Source: Auanema rhodensis
Taxonomy: Eukaryota > Animalia > Nematoda
Direction of reading: 5' to 3'
Length of the DNA stretch: 64,000 nt
Assembly (NCBI GenBank): GCA_964057225.1
Contig: OZ059896.1
Span: 2,294,001 to 2,358,000 of the forward strand
Under the pieces are notes generated by a model. The model saw only the letters and a list, made by a program, of their open reading frames with translations. It was not told the DNA's origin and searched no databases. The stretch's first letter is position 1. Each line of letters begins with the position of its first letter. This document shows, piece by piece, positions 25,801 through 38,600 of this stretch. Both the position numbers and the translations under genes were made by a program.

Positions 25801-26664
25801 CAAAGACGATGGACATTGTCATTCAACAAAAAAATTAATTCTTCACGGTGAAAATCGAGGATATAAGTGTGAACCTATATAAGTTGATATCTCGGTTCAT
25901 TTTTAAGCTAGCGCAAATCTGATAACACAGATCGACGCAGCTTAAAAATCCGCATCGAATGCACTATACTACATGGAGAAACGCTCAATACAAAAATTAG
26001 TTATGATCGTTTGAAAAATGATGCATTAGTGTATGTTGAGTTTTCATGTACACTCAACAATGCTTCCAAAAACATTTTGACAAAAATTTTCCCGAAAAAT
26101 TTCAAAATAATTTCACAAAAAGTAGATGTTTTTAGATTCCTTTTTTCAAGACAAAGACGATGGACAATGTTATTCAACGAAAAAATTAAATCTTCAGGGT
26201 GAAAATCGAGGATATAAGTGTGAACTTATATCAGTTGATATCTCGGTGCATTTTTAAGCTAGCGCAAATCTGATAACACAGATCGACGCAGCTTAAAAAT
26301 CCGCATCGAATGCACTATACTACATGGAGAAACGCTCAATACAAAAATTAGTTATGATCGTTTGAAAAATGATGCATTAGTGTATGTTGAGTTTCCATGT
26401 ACACTCAACAATGCTTCCAAAAACATTTTGACAAAAATTTTCCCGAAAAATTTCAAAATAATTTCACAAAAAGTAGATGTTTTTAGATTCCTTTTTTCAA
26501 GACAAAGACGATGGACATTGTTATTCAACGAAAAAATTAATTCTTCACGGTGAAAATCGAGGATATAAGTGTGAACCTATATCAGTTGATATCTCGGTGC
26601 ATTTTCAAGCTAGCGCAAATCTGATAACACAGATCGACGCAGCTTAAAAATCCGCATCGAATGC

Positions 26665-29600
26665 ACTATACTACATGGAGAAACGCTCAATACAAAAATT
26701 AGTTATGATCGTTTGAAAAATGATGCATTAGTGTATGTTGAGTTTCCATGTACACTCAACATTGCTTCCAAAAACATTTTGACAAAAATTTTCCCGAAAA
26801 ATTTCAAAATAATTTCACAAAAAGTAGATGTTTTTAGATTCCTTTTTTCAAGACAAAGACGATGGACATTGTTATTCAACAAAAAAATTAATTCTTCAGG
26901 GTGAAAATCGAGGATATAAGTGTGAACTTATATCAGTTGATATCTCGGTGCATTTTTAAGCTAGCGCAAATCTGATAACACAGATTGACGCAGCTTAAAA
27001 ATTCACATCGAATGCACTATACTACATTGGGAAACACTCAATACAAAAATTAGTTATGATCGTTTGAAAAATGATGCATTAGTGTATGTTGAGTTTCCAT
27101 GTACACTCAACAATGCTTCCAAAAACATTTTGACAAAAATTTTCCCGAAAAATTTCAAAATAATTTCACAAAAAGTAGATGTTTTTAGATTCCTTTTTTC
27201 AAGACAAAGACGATGGACATTGTTATTCAACAAAAAAATTAATTCTTCACGGTGAAAATCGAGGATATAAGTGTGAACCTATATCAGTTGATATCTCGGT
27301 GCATTTTCAAGCTAGCGCAAATCTGATAACACAGATCGACGCAGCTTAAAAATCCGCATCGAATGCACTATACTACATTGGGAAACACTCAATACAAAAA
27401 TTAGTTATGATCGTTTGAAAAATGATGCATTAGTGTATGTTGAGTTTCCATGTACACTCAACAATGCTTCCAAAAACATTTTGACAAAAATTTTCCCGAA
27501 AAATTTCAAAATAATTTCACAAAAAGTAGATGTTTTTAGATTCCTTTTTTCAAGACAAAGACGATGGACATTGTTATTCAACAAAAAAATTAATTCTTCA
27601 GGGTGAAAATCGAGGATATAAGTGTGAACTTATATCAGTTGATATCTCGGTGCATTTTTAAGCTAGCGCAAATCTGATAACACAGATCGACGCAGCTTAA
27701 AAATCCGCATCGAATGCACTATACTACATTGGGAAACACTCAATACAAAAATTAGTTATGATCGTTTGAAAAATGATGCATTAGTGTATGTTGAGTTTCC
27801 ATGTACACTCAACAATGCTTCCAAAAACATTTTGACAAAAATTTTCCCGAAAAATTTCAAAATAATTTCACAAAAAGTAGATGTTTTTAGATTCCTTTTT
27901 TCAAGACAAAGACGATGGACATTGTTATTCAACAAAAAAATTAATTCTTCAGGGTGAAAATCGAGGATATAAGTGTGAACTTATATCAGTTGATATCTCG
28001 GTGCATTTTTAAGCTAGCGCAAATCTGATAACACAGATCGACGCAGCTTAAAAATCCGCATCGAATGCACTATACTACATTGGGGAACACTCAATACAAA
28101 AATTAGTTATGATCGTTTGAAAAATGATGCATTAGTGTATGTTGAGTTTCCATGTACACTCAACAATGCTTCCAAAAACATTTTGACAAAAATTTTCCCG
28201 AAAAATTTCAAAATAATTTCACAAAAAGTAGATGTTCTTAGATTCCTTTTTTCAAGACAAAGACGATGGACAATGTTATTCAACGAAAAAATTAATTCTT
28301 CACGGTGAAAATCGAGGATATAAGTGTGAACCTATATCAGTTGATATCTCGGTGCATTTTCAAGCTAGCGCAAATCTGATAACACAGATCGACGCAGCTT
28401 AAAAATCCGCATCGAATGCACTATACTACATGGAGAAACACTCAATACAAAAATTAGTTATGATCGTTTGAAAAATGATGCATTAGTGTATGTTGAGTTT
28501 CCATGTACACTCAACAATGCTTCCAAAAACATTTTGACAAAAATTTTCCCGAAAAATTTCAAAATAATTTCACAAAAAGTAGATGTTTTTAGATTCCTTT
28601 TTTCAAGACAAAGACGATGGACATTGTTATTCAACAAAAAAATTAATTCTTCAGGGTGAAAATCGAGGATATAAGTGTGAACTTATATCAGTTGATATCT
28701 CGGTGCATTTTTAAGCTAGCGCAAATCTGATAACACAGATCGACGCAGCTTAAAAATCCGCATCGAATGCATTATACTACATTGGGAAACACTCAATACA
28801 AAAATTAGTTATGATCGTTTGAAAAATGATGCATTAGTGTATGTTGAGTTTCCATGTACACTCAACAATGCTTCCAAAAACATTTTGACAAAAATTTTCC
28901 CGAAAAATTTCAAAATAATTTCACAAAAAGTAGATGTTCTTAGATTCCTTTTTTCAAGACAAAGACGATGGACAATGTTATTCAACGAAAAAATTAATTC
29001 TTCACGGTGAAAATCGAGGATATAAGTGTGAACCTATATCAGTTGATATCTCGGTGCATTTTCAAGCTAGCGCAAATCTGATAACACAGATCGACGCAGC
29101 TTAAAAATCCGCATCGAATGCACTATACTACATGGAGAAACGCTCAATACAAAAATTAGTTATGATCGTTTGAAAAATGATGCATTAGTGTATGTTGAGT
29201 TTCCATGTACACTCAACATTGCTTCCAAAAACATTTTGACAAAAATTTTCCCGAAAAATTTCAAAATAATTTCACAAAAAGTAGATGTTTTTAGATTCCT
29301 TTTTTCAAGACAAAGACGATGGACATTGTTATTCAACAAAAAAATTAATTCTTCAGGGTGAAAATCGAGGATATAAGTGTGAACTTATATCAGTTGATAT
29401 CTCGGTGCATTTTTAAGCTAGCGCAAATCTGATAACACAGATTGACGCAGCTTAAAAATTCACATCGAATGCACTATACTACATTGGGAAACACTCAATA
29501 CAAAAATTAGTTATGATCGTTTGAAAAATGATGCATTAGTGTATGTTGAGTTTCCATGTACACTCAACAATGCTTCCAAAAACATTTTGACAAAAATTTT

Positions 29601-32600
29601 CCCGAAAAATTTCAAAATAATTTCACAAAAAGTAGATGTTTTTAGATTCCTTTTTTCAAGACAAAGACCATGGACATTGTTATTCAACAAAAAAATTAAT
29701 TCTTCACGGTGAAAATCGAGGATATAAGTGTGAACCTATATCAGTTGATATCTCGGTGCATTTTCAAGCTAGCGCAAATCTGATAACACAGATCGACGCA
29801 GCTTAAAAATCCGCATCGAATGCACTATACTACATTGGGAAACACTCAATACAAAAATTAGTTATGATCGTTTGAAAAATGATGCATTAGTGTATGTTGA
29901 GTTTCCATGTACACTCAACAATGCTTCCAAAAACATTTTGACAAAAATTTTCCCGAAAAATTTCAAAATAATTTCACAAAAAGTAGATGTTTTTAGATTC
30001 CTTTTTTCAAGACAAAGACGATGGACATTGTTATTCAACAAAAAAATTAATTCTTCAGGGTGAAAATCGAGGATATAAGTGTGAACTTATATCAGTTGAT
30101 ATCTCGGTGCATTTTTAAGCTAGCGCAAATCTGATAACACAGATCGACGCAGCTTAAAAATCCGCATCGAATGCACTATACTACATTGGGAAACACTCAA
30201 TACAAAAATTAGTTATGATCGTTTGAAAAATGATGCATTAGTGTATGTTGAGTTTCCATGTACACTCAACAATGCTTCCAAAAACATTTTGACAAAAATT
30301 TTCCCGAAAAATTTCAAAATAATTTCACAAAAAGTAGATGTTCTTAGATTCCTTTTTTCAAGACAAAGACGATGGACAATGTTATTCAACGAAAAAATTA
30401 ATTCTTCACGGTGAAAATCGAGGATATAAGTGTGAACCTATATCAGTTGATATCTCGGTGCATTTTCAAGCTAGCGCAAATCTGATAACACAGATCGACG
30501 CAGCTTAAAAATCCGCATCGAATGCACTATACTACATGGAGAAACACTCAATACAAAAATTAGTTATGATCGTTTGAAAAATGATGCATTAGTGTATGTT
30601 GAGTTTCCATGTACACTCAACAATGCTTCCAAAAACATTTTGACAAAAATTTTCCCGAAAAATTTCAAAATAATTTCACAAAAAGTAGATGTTTTTAGAT
30701 TCCTTTTTTCAAGACAAAGACGATGGACATTGTTATTCAACAAAAAAATTAATTCTTCAGGGTGAAAATCGAGGATATAAGTGTGAACTTATATCAGTTG
30801 ATATCTCGGTGCATTTTTAAGCTAGCGCAAATCTGATAACACAGATCGACGCAGCTTAAAAATCCGCATCGAATGCATTATACTACATTGGGAAACACTC
30901 AATACAAAAATTAGTTATGATCGTTTGAAAAATGATGCATTAGTGTATGTTGAGTTTCCATGTACACTCAACAATGCTTCCAAAAACATTTTGACAAAAA
31001 TTTTCCCGAAAAATTTCAAAATAATTTCACAAAAAGTAGATGTTCTTAGATTCCTTTTTTCAAGACAAAGACGATGGACAATGTTATTCAACGAAAAAAT
31101 TAATTCTTCACGGTGAAAATCGAGGATATAAGTGTGAACCTATATCAGTTGATATCTCGGTGCATTTTCAAGCTAGCGCAAATCTGATAACACAGATCGA
31201 CGCAGCTTAAAAATCCGCATCGAATGCACTATACTACATGGAGAAACGCTCAATACAAAAATTAGTTATGATCGTTTGAAAAATGATGCATTAGTGTATG
31301 TTGAGTTTCCATGTACACTCAACATTGCTTCCAAAAACATTTTGACAAAAATTTTCCCGAAAAATTTCAAAATAATTTCACAAAAAGTAGATGTTTTTAG
31401 ATTCCTTTTTTCAAGACAAAGACGATGGACATTGTTATTCAACAAAAAAATTAATTCTTCAGGGTGAAAATCGAGGATATAAGTGTGAACTTATATCAGT
31501 TGATATCTCGGTGCATTTTTAAGCTAGCGCAAATCTGATAACACAGATTGACGCAGCTTAAAAATTCACATCGAATGCACTATACTACATTGGGAAACAC
31601 TCAATACAAAAATTAGTTATGATCGTTTGAAAAATGATGCATTAGTGTATGTTGAGTTTCCATGTACACTCAACAATGCTTCCAAAAACATTTTGACAAA
31701 AATTTTCCCGAAAAATTTCAAAATAATTTCACAAAAAGTAGATGTTTTTAGATTCCTTTTTTCAAGACAAAGACGATGGACATTGTTATTCAACAAAAAA
31801 ATTAATTCTTCACGGTGAAAATCGAGGATATAAGTGTGAACCTATATCAGTTGATATCTCGGTGCATTTTCAAGCTAGCGCAAATCTGATAACACAGATC
31901 GACGCAGCTTAAAAATCCGCATCGAATGCACTATACTACATTGGGAAACACTCAATACAAAAATTAGTTATGATCGTTTGAAAAATGATGCATTAGTGTA
32001 TGTTGAGTTTCCATGTACACTCAACAATGCTTCCAAAAACATTTTGACAAAAATTTTCCCGAAAAATTTCAAAATAATTTCACAAAAAGTAGATGTTTTT
32101 AGATTCCTTTTTTCAAGACAAAGACGATGGACATTGTTATTCAACAAAAAAATTAATTCTTCAGGGTGAAAATCGAGGATATAAGTGTGAACTTATATCA
32201 GTTGATATCTCGGTGCATTTTTAAGCTAGCGCAAATCTGATAACACAGATCGACGCAGCTTAAAAATCCGCATCGAATGCACTATACTACATTGGGAAAC
32301 ACTCAATACAAAAATTAGTTATGATCGTTTGAAAAATGATGCATTAGTGTATGTTGAGTTTCCATGTACACTCAACAATGCTTCCAAAAACATTTTGACA
32401 AAAATTTTCCCGAAAAATTTCAAAATAATTTCACAAAAAGTAGATGTTCTTAGATTCCTTTTTTCAAGACAAAGACGATGGACAATGTTATTCAACGAAA
32501 AAATTAATTCTTCACGGTGAAAATCGAGGATATAAGTGTGAACCTATATCAGTTGATATCTCGGTGCATTTTCAAGCTAGCGCAAATCTGATAACACAGA

Positions 32601-32631
32601 TCGACGCAGCTTAAAAATCCACATCGAATGC
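26665..32631. repeat. 6-monomer HOR (2106 bp), about 2.7 copies, first copy expanded to 7 monomers
   Basis: The private variant AAAAATTCACATCG has its T at 27003, 29460 and 31566 (2457 and 2106 apart); alternating GTTCTTAGA monomers are in register. Confidence 0.85.
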
Positions 32632-35600
32632 ACTATACTACATTGGGAAACACTCAATACAAAAGTTAGTTATGATCGTTTGAAAAATGATGCATTAGTG
32701 TATGTTGAGTTTCCATGTACACTCAACAATGCTTCCAAAAACATTTTGACAAAAATTTTCCCGAAAAATTTCAAAATAATTTCACAAAAAGTAGATGTTT
32801 TTAGATTCCTTTTTTCAAGACAAAGACGATGGACAATGTTATTCAACGAAAAAATTAAATCTTCACGGTGAAAATCGAGGATATAAGTGTGAACCTATAT
32901 CAGTTGATATCTCGGTTCATTTTTAAGCTAGCGCAAATCTGATAACACAGATCGACGCAGCTTAAAAATCCGCATCGAATGTACTATACTACATTAAGAA
33001 ACGCTCAATACAAAAATTAGTTATGATTGTTTGAAAAATGATGCATTAGTGTATGTTGAGTTTCCATGTACACTCAACATTGCTTCCAAAAACATTTTGA
33101 CAAACATTTTCCCGAAAAATTTCAGAATAAATTTACAAAAAGTAGATGTTTTTAGATTCCTTTTTTCAAGACAAAGACGATGGACATTGTCATTCAACAA
33201 AAAAATTAATTCTTCACGGTGAAAATCGAGGATATAAGTGTGAACCTATATCAGTTGATATCTCGGTTCATTTTTAAGCTAGCGCAAATCTGATAACACA
33301 GATCGACGCAGCTTAAAAATCCGCATCGAATGCACTATACTACATTAAGAAACGCTCAATACAAAAATTAGTTATGATCGTTTGAAAAATGATGCATTAG
33401 TGTATGTTGAGTTTCCATGTACACTCAACAATGCTTCCAAAAACATTTTGACAAAAATTTTCCCGAAAAATTTCAAAATAATTTCACAAAAAGTAGATGT
33501 TTTTAGATTCCTTTTTTCAAGACAAAGACGATGGACAATGTTATTCAACGAAAAAATTAAATCTTCAGGGTGAAAATCGAGGATATAAGTGTGAACCTAT
33601 ATCAGTTGATATCTCGGTGCATTTTCAAGCTAGCGCAAATCTGATAACACAGATCGACGCAGCTTAAAAATCCGCATCGAATGCACTATACTACATGGAG
33701 AAACGCTCAATACAAAAATTAGTTATGATCGTTTGAAAAATGATGCATTAGTGTATGTTGAGTTTCCATGTACACTCAACAATGCTTCCAAAAACATTTT
33801 GACAAAAATTTTCCCGAAAAATTTCAAAATAATTTCACAAAAAGTAGATGTTTTTAGATTCCTTTTTTCAAGACAAAGACGATGGACATTGTTATTCAAC
33901 AAAAAAATTAATTCTTCACGGTGAAAATCGAGGATATATGTGTGAACCTATATCAGTTGATATCTCGGTGCATTTTCAAGCTAGCGCAAATCTGATAACA
34001 CAGATCGACGCAGCTTAAAAATCCGCATCGAATGCACTATACTACATGGAGAAACGCTCAATACAAAAATTAGTTATGATCGTTTGAAAAATGATGCATT
34101 AGTGTATGTTGAGTTTCCATGTACACTCAACAATGCTTCCAAAAACATTTTGACAAAAATTTTCACGAAAAATTTCAAAATAATTTCACAAAAAGTAGAT
34201 GTTTTTAGATTCCTTTTTTCAAGACAAAGACGATGGACATTGTTATTTAACAAAAAAATTAATTCTTCACGGTGAAAATCGAGGATATAAGTGTGAACCT
34301 ATATCAGTTGATATCTCGGTTCATTTTCAAGCTAGCGCAAATCTGATAACACAGATCGACGCAGCTTAAAAATCCGCATCGAATGCACTATACTACATGG
34401 AGAAACGCTCAATACAAAAATTAGTTATGATCGTTTGAAAAATGATGCATTAGTGTATGTTGAGTTTCCATGTACACTCAACATTGCTTCCAAAAACATT
34501 TTGACAAAAATTTTCCCGAAAAATTTCAGAATAAATTTACAAAAAGTAGATGTTTTTAGATTCCTTTTTTCAAGACAAAGACGATGGACATTGTCATTCA
34601 ACAAAAAAATTAATTCTTCACGGTGAAAATCGAGGATATAAGTGTGAACCTATATCAGTTGATATCTCGGTTCAATTTTAAGCTAGCGCAAATCTGATAA
34701 CACAGATCGACGCAGCTTAAAAATCCGCATCGAATGTACTATACTACATTAAGAAACGCTCAATACAAAAATTAGTTATGATTGTTTGAAAAATGATGCA
34801 TTAGTGTATGTTGAGTTTCCATGTACACTCAACATTGCTTCCAAATACATTTTGACAAACATTTTCCCGAAAAATTTCAGAAAAAATTTACAAAAAGTAG
34901 ATGTTTTTAGATTCCTTTTTTCAAGACAAAGACGATGGACATTGTTATTCAACGAAAAAATTAATTCTTCACGGTGAAAATCGAGGATATAAGTGTGAAC
35001 CTATATCAGTTGATATCTCGGTGCATTTTCAAGCTAGCGCAAATCTGATAACACAGATCGACGCAGCTTAAAAATCCGCATCGAATGCACTATACTACAT
35101 TGGGAAACACTCAATACAAAAATTAGTTATGATCGTTTGAAAAATGATGCATTAGTGTATGTTGAGTTTCCATGTACACTCAACATTGCTTCCAAAAACA
35201 TTTTGACAAACATTTTCCCGAAAAATTTCAGAATAAATTTACAAAAAGTAGATGTTTTTAGATTCCTTTTTTCAAGACAAAGACGATGGACATTGTCATT
35301 CAACAAAAAAATTAATTCTTCACGGTGAAAATCGAGGATATAAGTGTGAACCTATATCAGTTGAGATCTCGGTTCATTTTTAAGCTAGCGCAAATCTGAT
35401 AACACAGATCGACGCAGCTTAAAAATCCGCATCGAATGCACTATACTACATTAAGAAACGCTCAATACAAAAATTAGTTATGATCGTTTGAAAAATGATG
35501 CATTAGTGTATGTTGAGTTTCCATGTACACACAACATTGCTTCCAAAAACATTTTGACAAAAATTTTCCCGAAAAATTTCAAAATAATTTTACAAAAAGT

Positions 35601-38600
35601 AGATGTTTTTAGATTTCTTATTTCAAGACAAAGACGATGGACATTGTCATTCAACAAAAAAATTAATTCTTCACGGTGAAAATCGAGGATATAAGTGTGA
35701 ACCTATATCAGTTGATATCTCGGTGCATTTTTAAGCTAGCGCAAATCTGATAACACAGATCGACGCAGCTTAAAAATCCGCATCGAATGCACTATACTAC
35801 ATTAAGCAACGCTCAATACAAAAATTAGTTATGATCGTTTGAAAAATGATGCATTAGTGTATGTTGAGTTTCCATGTACACTCAACATTGCTTCCAAAAA
35901 CATTTTGACAAAAAGTTTCCCGAAAAATTTCAGAATAATTTCACAAAAAGTAGATGTTTTTAGATTCCTTTTTTCAAGACAAAGACGATGGACAATGTTA
36001 TTCAACGAAAAAATTAAATCTTCAAAGTGAAAATCGAGGATATAAGTGTGAACTTATATCAGTTGATATCTCGGTGCATTTTTAAGCTAGCGCAAATCTG
36101 ATAACATAGATCGACGCAGCTTAAAAGTCCGCATCGAATGCACTATACTACATTAAGAAAAGCTTAATACAAAAATTAGTTATGATCGTTTGAAAAATGA
36201 TGCATTAGTGTATGTTGAGTTTCCATGTACACTCAACATTGCTTCCAAAAACATTTTGACAAAAATTTTTTCGAAAAATTTCAAAATAATTTAGCAAAAA
36301 GTATATGTTTTTAGATTCCTTTTTTCAAGGCAAAAACGATGGACAATGTTATTCAACGAAAAAATTAATTCTTCAGGGTGAAAATCGAGGATATAAGTGT
36401 GAACTTATATCAGTTGATATCTCGGTGCATTTTTAAGCTAGCGCAAATCTGATAACATAGATCGACGCAGCTTAAAAGTCCGCATCGAATGCACTATACT
36501 ACATTGAGAAACGCTTAATACAAAAATAAGTTATGATCGTTTGAAAAATGATGCATTAGTGTATGTTGAGTTTCCATGTAAACTCAAAATTGCTTCCAAA
36601 AACATTTTGACAAAAATTTTTTCGAAAAATTTCAAAATAATTTAGCAAAAAGTAGATATTTTTAGATTCCTTCTTTCAAGGCAAAAACGATGGACAATGT
36701 TATTCAACGAAAAAATTAATTCTTCAGGGTGAAAATCGAGGATATAAGTGTGAACTTATATCAGTTGATATCTCGGTGCATTTTTAAGCTAGCGCAAATC
36801 TGATAACACAGATCGACGCAGCTTAAAAATCCGCATCGAATGCACTATATTACATTGAGGAAAGCTTAATACAAAAATTAGTTATGATTGTTTGAAAAAT
36901 GATGCATTAGTGTATGTTGAGTTTCCATGTACACTCAAAATTGCTTCCAAAAACATTTTGACAAAAATTTTTTCGAAAATTTTCAAAATAATTTAGCAAA
37001 AAGTAGATGTTTTTAGATTCCTTCTTTCAAGGCAAAAACGATGGACAATGTTATTCAACGAAAAAATTAATTCTTCAGGGTGAAAATCGAGGATATAAGT
37101 GTGAACTTATATCAGTTGATATCTCGGTGCATTTTTAAGCTAGCGCAAATCTGATAACACAGATCGACGCAGCTTAAAAATCCGCATCGAATGCATTATA
37201 CTACATGGAGAAACGCTCATCACAAAAATTAGTTATGATCGTTTGAAAAATGATGCATTAGTGTATGTTGAGTTTCCATGTACACTCAACATTGCTTCCA
37301 AAAACATTTTGACAAAAATTTTTTCGAAAAATTTCAAAATAATTTAGCAAAAAGTAGATGTTTTTAGATTCCTTCTTTCAAGGCAAAAACGATGGACAAT
37401 GTTATTCAACGAAAAAATTAATTCTTCAGGGTGAAAATCGAGGATATAAGTGTGAACTTATATCAGTTGATATATCGGTGCATTTTTAAGCTAGCGCAAA
37501 TCTGATAACATAGATCGACGCAGCTTAAAAGTCCGCATCGAATGCACTATATTACATTGAGGAAAGCTTAATACAAAAATTAGTTATGATTGTTTGAAAA
37601 ATGATGCATTAGTGTATGTTGAGTTTCCATGTACACTCAAAATTGCTTCCAAAAACATTTTGACAAAAATTTTTTCGAAAAATTTCAAAATAATTTAGCA
37701 AAAAGTAGATGTTTTTAGATTCCTTCTTTCAAGGCAAAAACGATGGACAATGTTATTCAACGAAAAAATTAATTCTTCAGGGTGAAAATCGAGGATATAA
37801 GTGTGAACTTATATCAGTTGATATCTCGGTGCATTTTTAAGCTAGCGCAAATCTGATAACACAGATCGACGCAGCTTAAAAATCCGCATCGAATGCACTA
37901 TATTACATTGAGGAAAGCTTAATACAAAAATTAGTTATGATTGTTTGAAAAATGATGCATTAGTGTATGTTGAGTTTCCATGTACACTCAAAATTGCTTC
38001 CAAAAACATTTTGACAAAAATTTTTTCGAAAAATTTCAAAATAATTTAGCAAAAAGTAGATGTTTTTAGATTCCTTCTTTCAAGGCAAAAACGATGGACA
38101 ATGTTATTCAACGAAAAAATTAATTCTTCAGGGTGAAAATCGAGGATATAAGTGTGAACTTATATCAGTTGATATCTCGGTGCATTTTTAAGCTAGCGCA
38201 AATCTGATAACATAGATCGACGCAGCTTAAAAGTCCGCATCGAATGCACTATACTACATTAAGAAAAGCTTAATACAAAAATTAGTTATGATCGTTTGAA
38301 AAATGATGCATTAGTGTATGTTGAGTTTCCATGTACACTCAACATTGCTTCCAAAAACATTTTGACAAAAATTTTTTCGAAAAATTTCAAAATAATTTAG
38401 CAAAAAGTAGATGTTTTTAGATTCCTTCTTTCAAGGCAAAAACGATGGACAATGTTATTCAACGAAAAAATTAATTCTTCAGGGTGAAAATCGAGGATAT
38501 AAGTGTGAACTTATATCAGTTGATATCTCGGTGCATTTTTAAGCTAGCGCAAATCTGATAACACAGATCGACGCAGCTTAAAAATCCGCATCGAATGCAC

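Larger units (their letters stand above)
1..36141. repeat. Satellite subfamily A domain (monomers 1-103)
   Basis: Diagnostic alleles TTTTCCCGAAAA, AATTTCACAAA (or TTTACAAA) and CAAGACAAAGACG; polymorphic for TCACGG/TCAGGG and AACCTATA/AACTTATA. The 3' end of monomer 103 already carries B alleles. Confidence 0.93.

Noticed and set aside
49-36030. About 98 copies of a 63-aa ORF (MKNDALVYVEFPC...)
   Set aside because: It starts at TTG, has the K/N/F/I-rich composition expected from AT-rich DNA and has no recognisable domain. Most variants change amino acids, and it is broken by stops in five A monomers and by a stop or frameshift throughout B. It is a by-product of the repeat.
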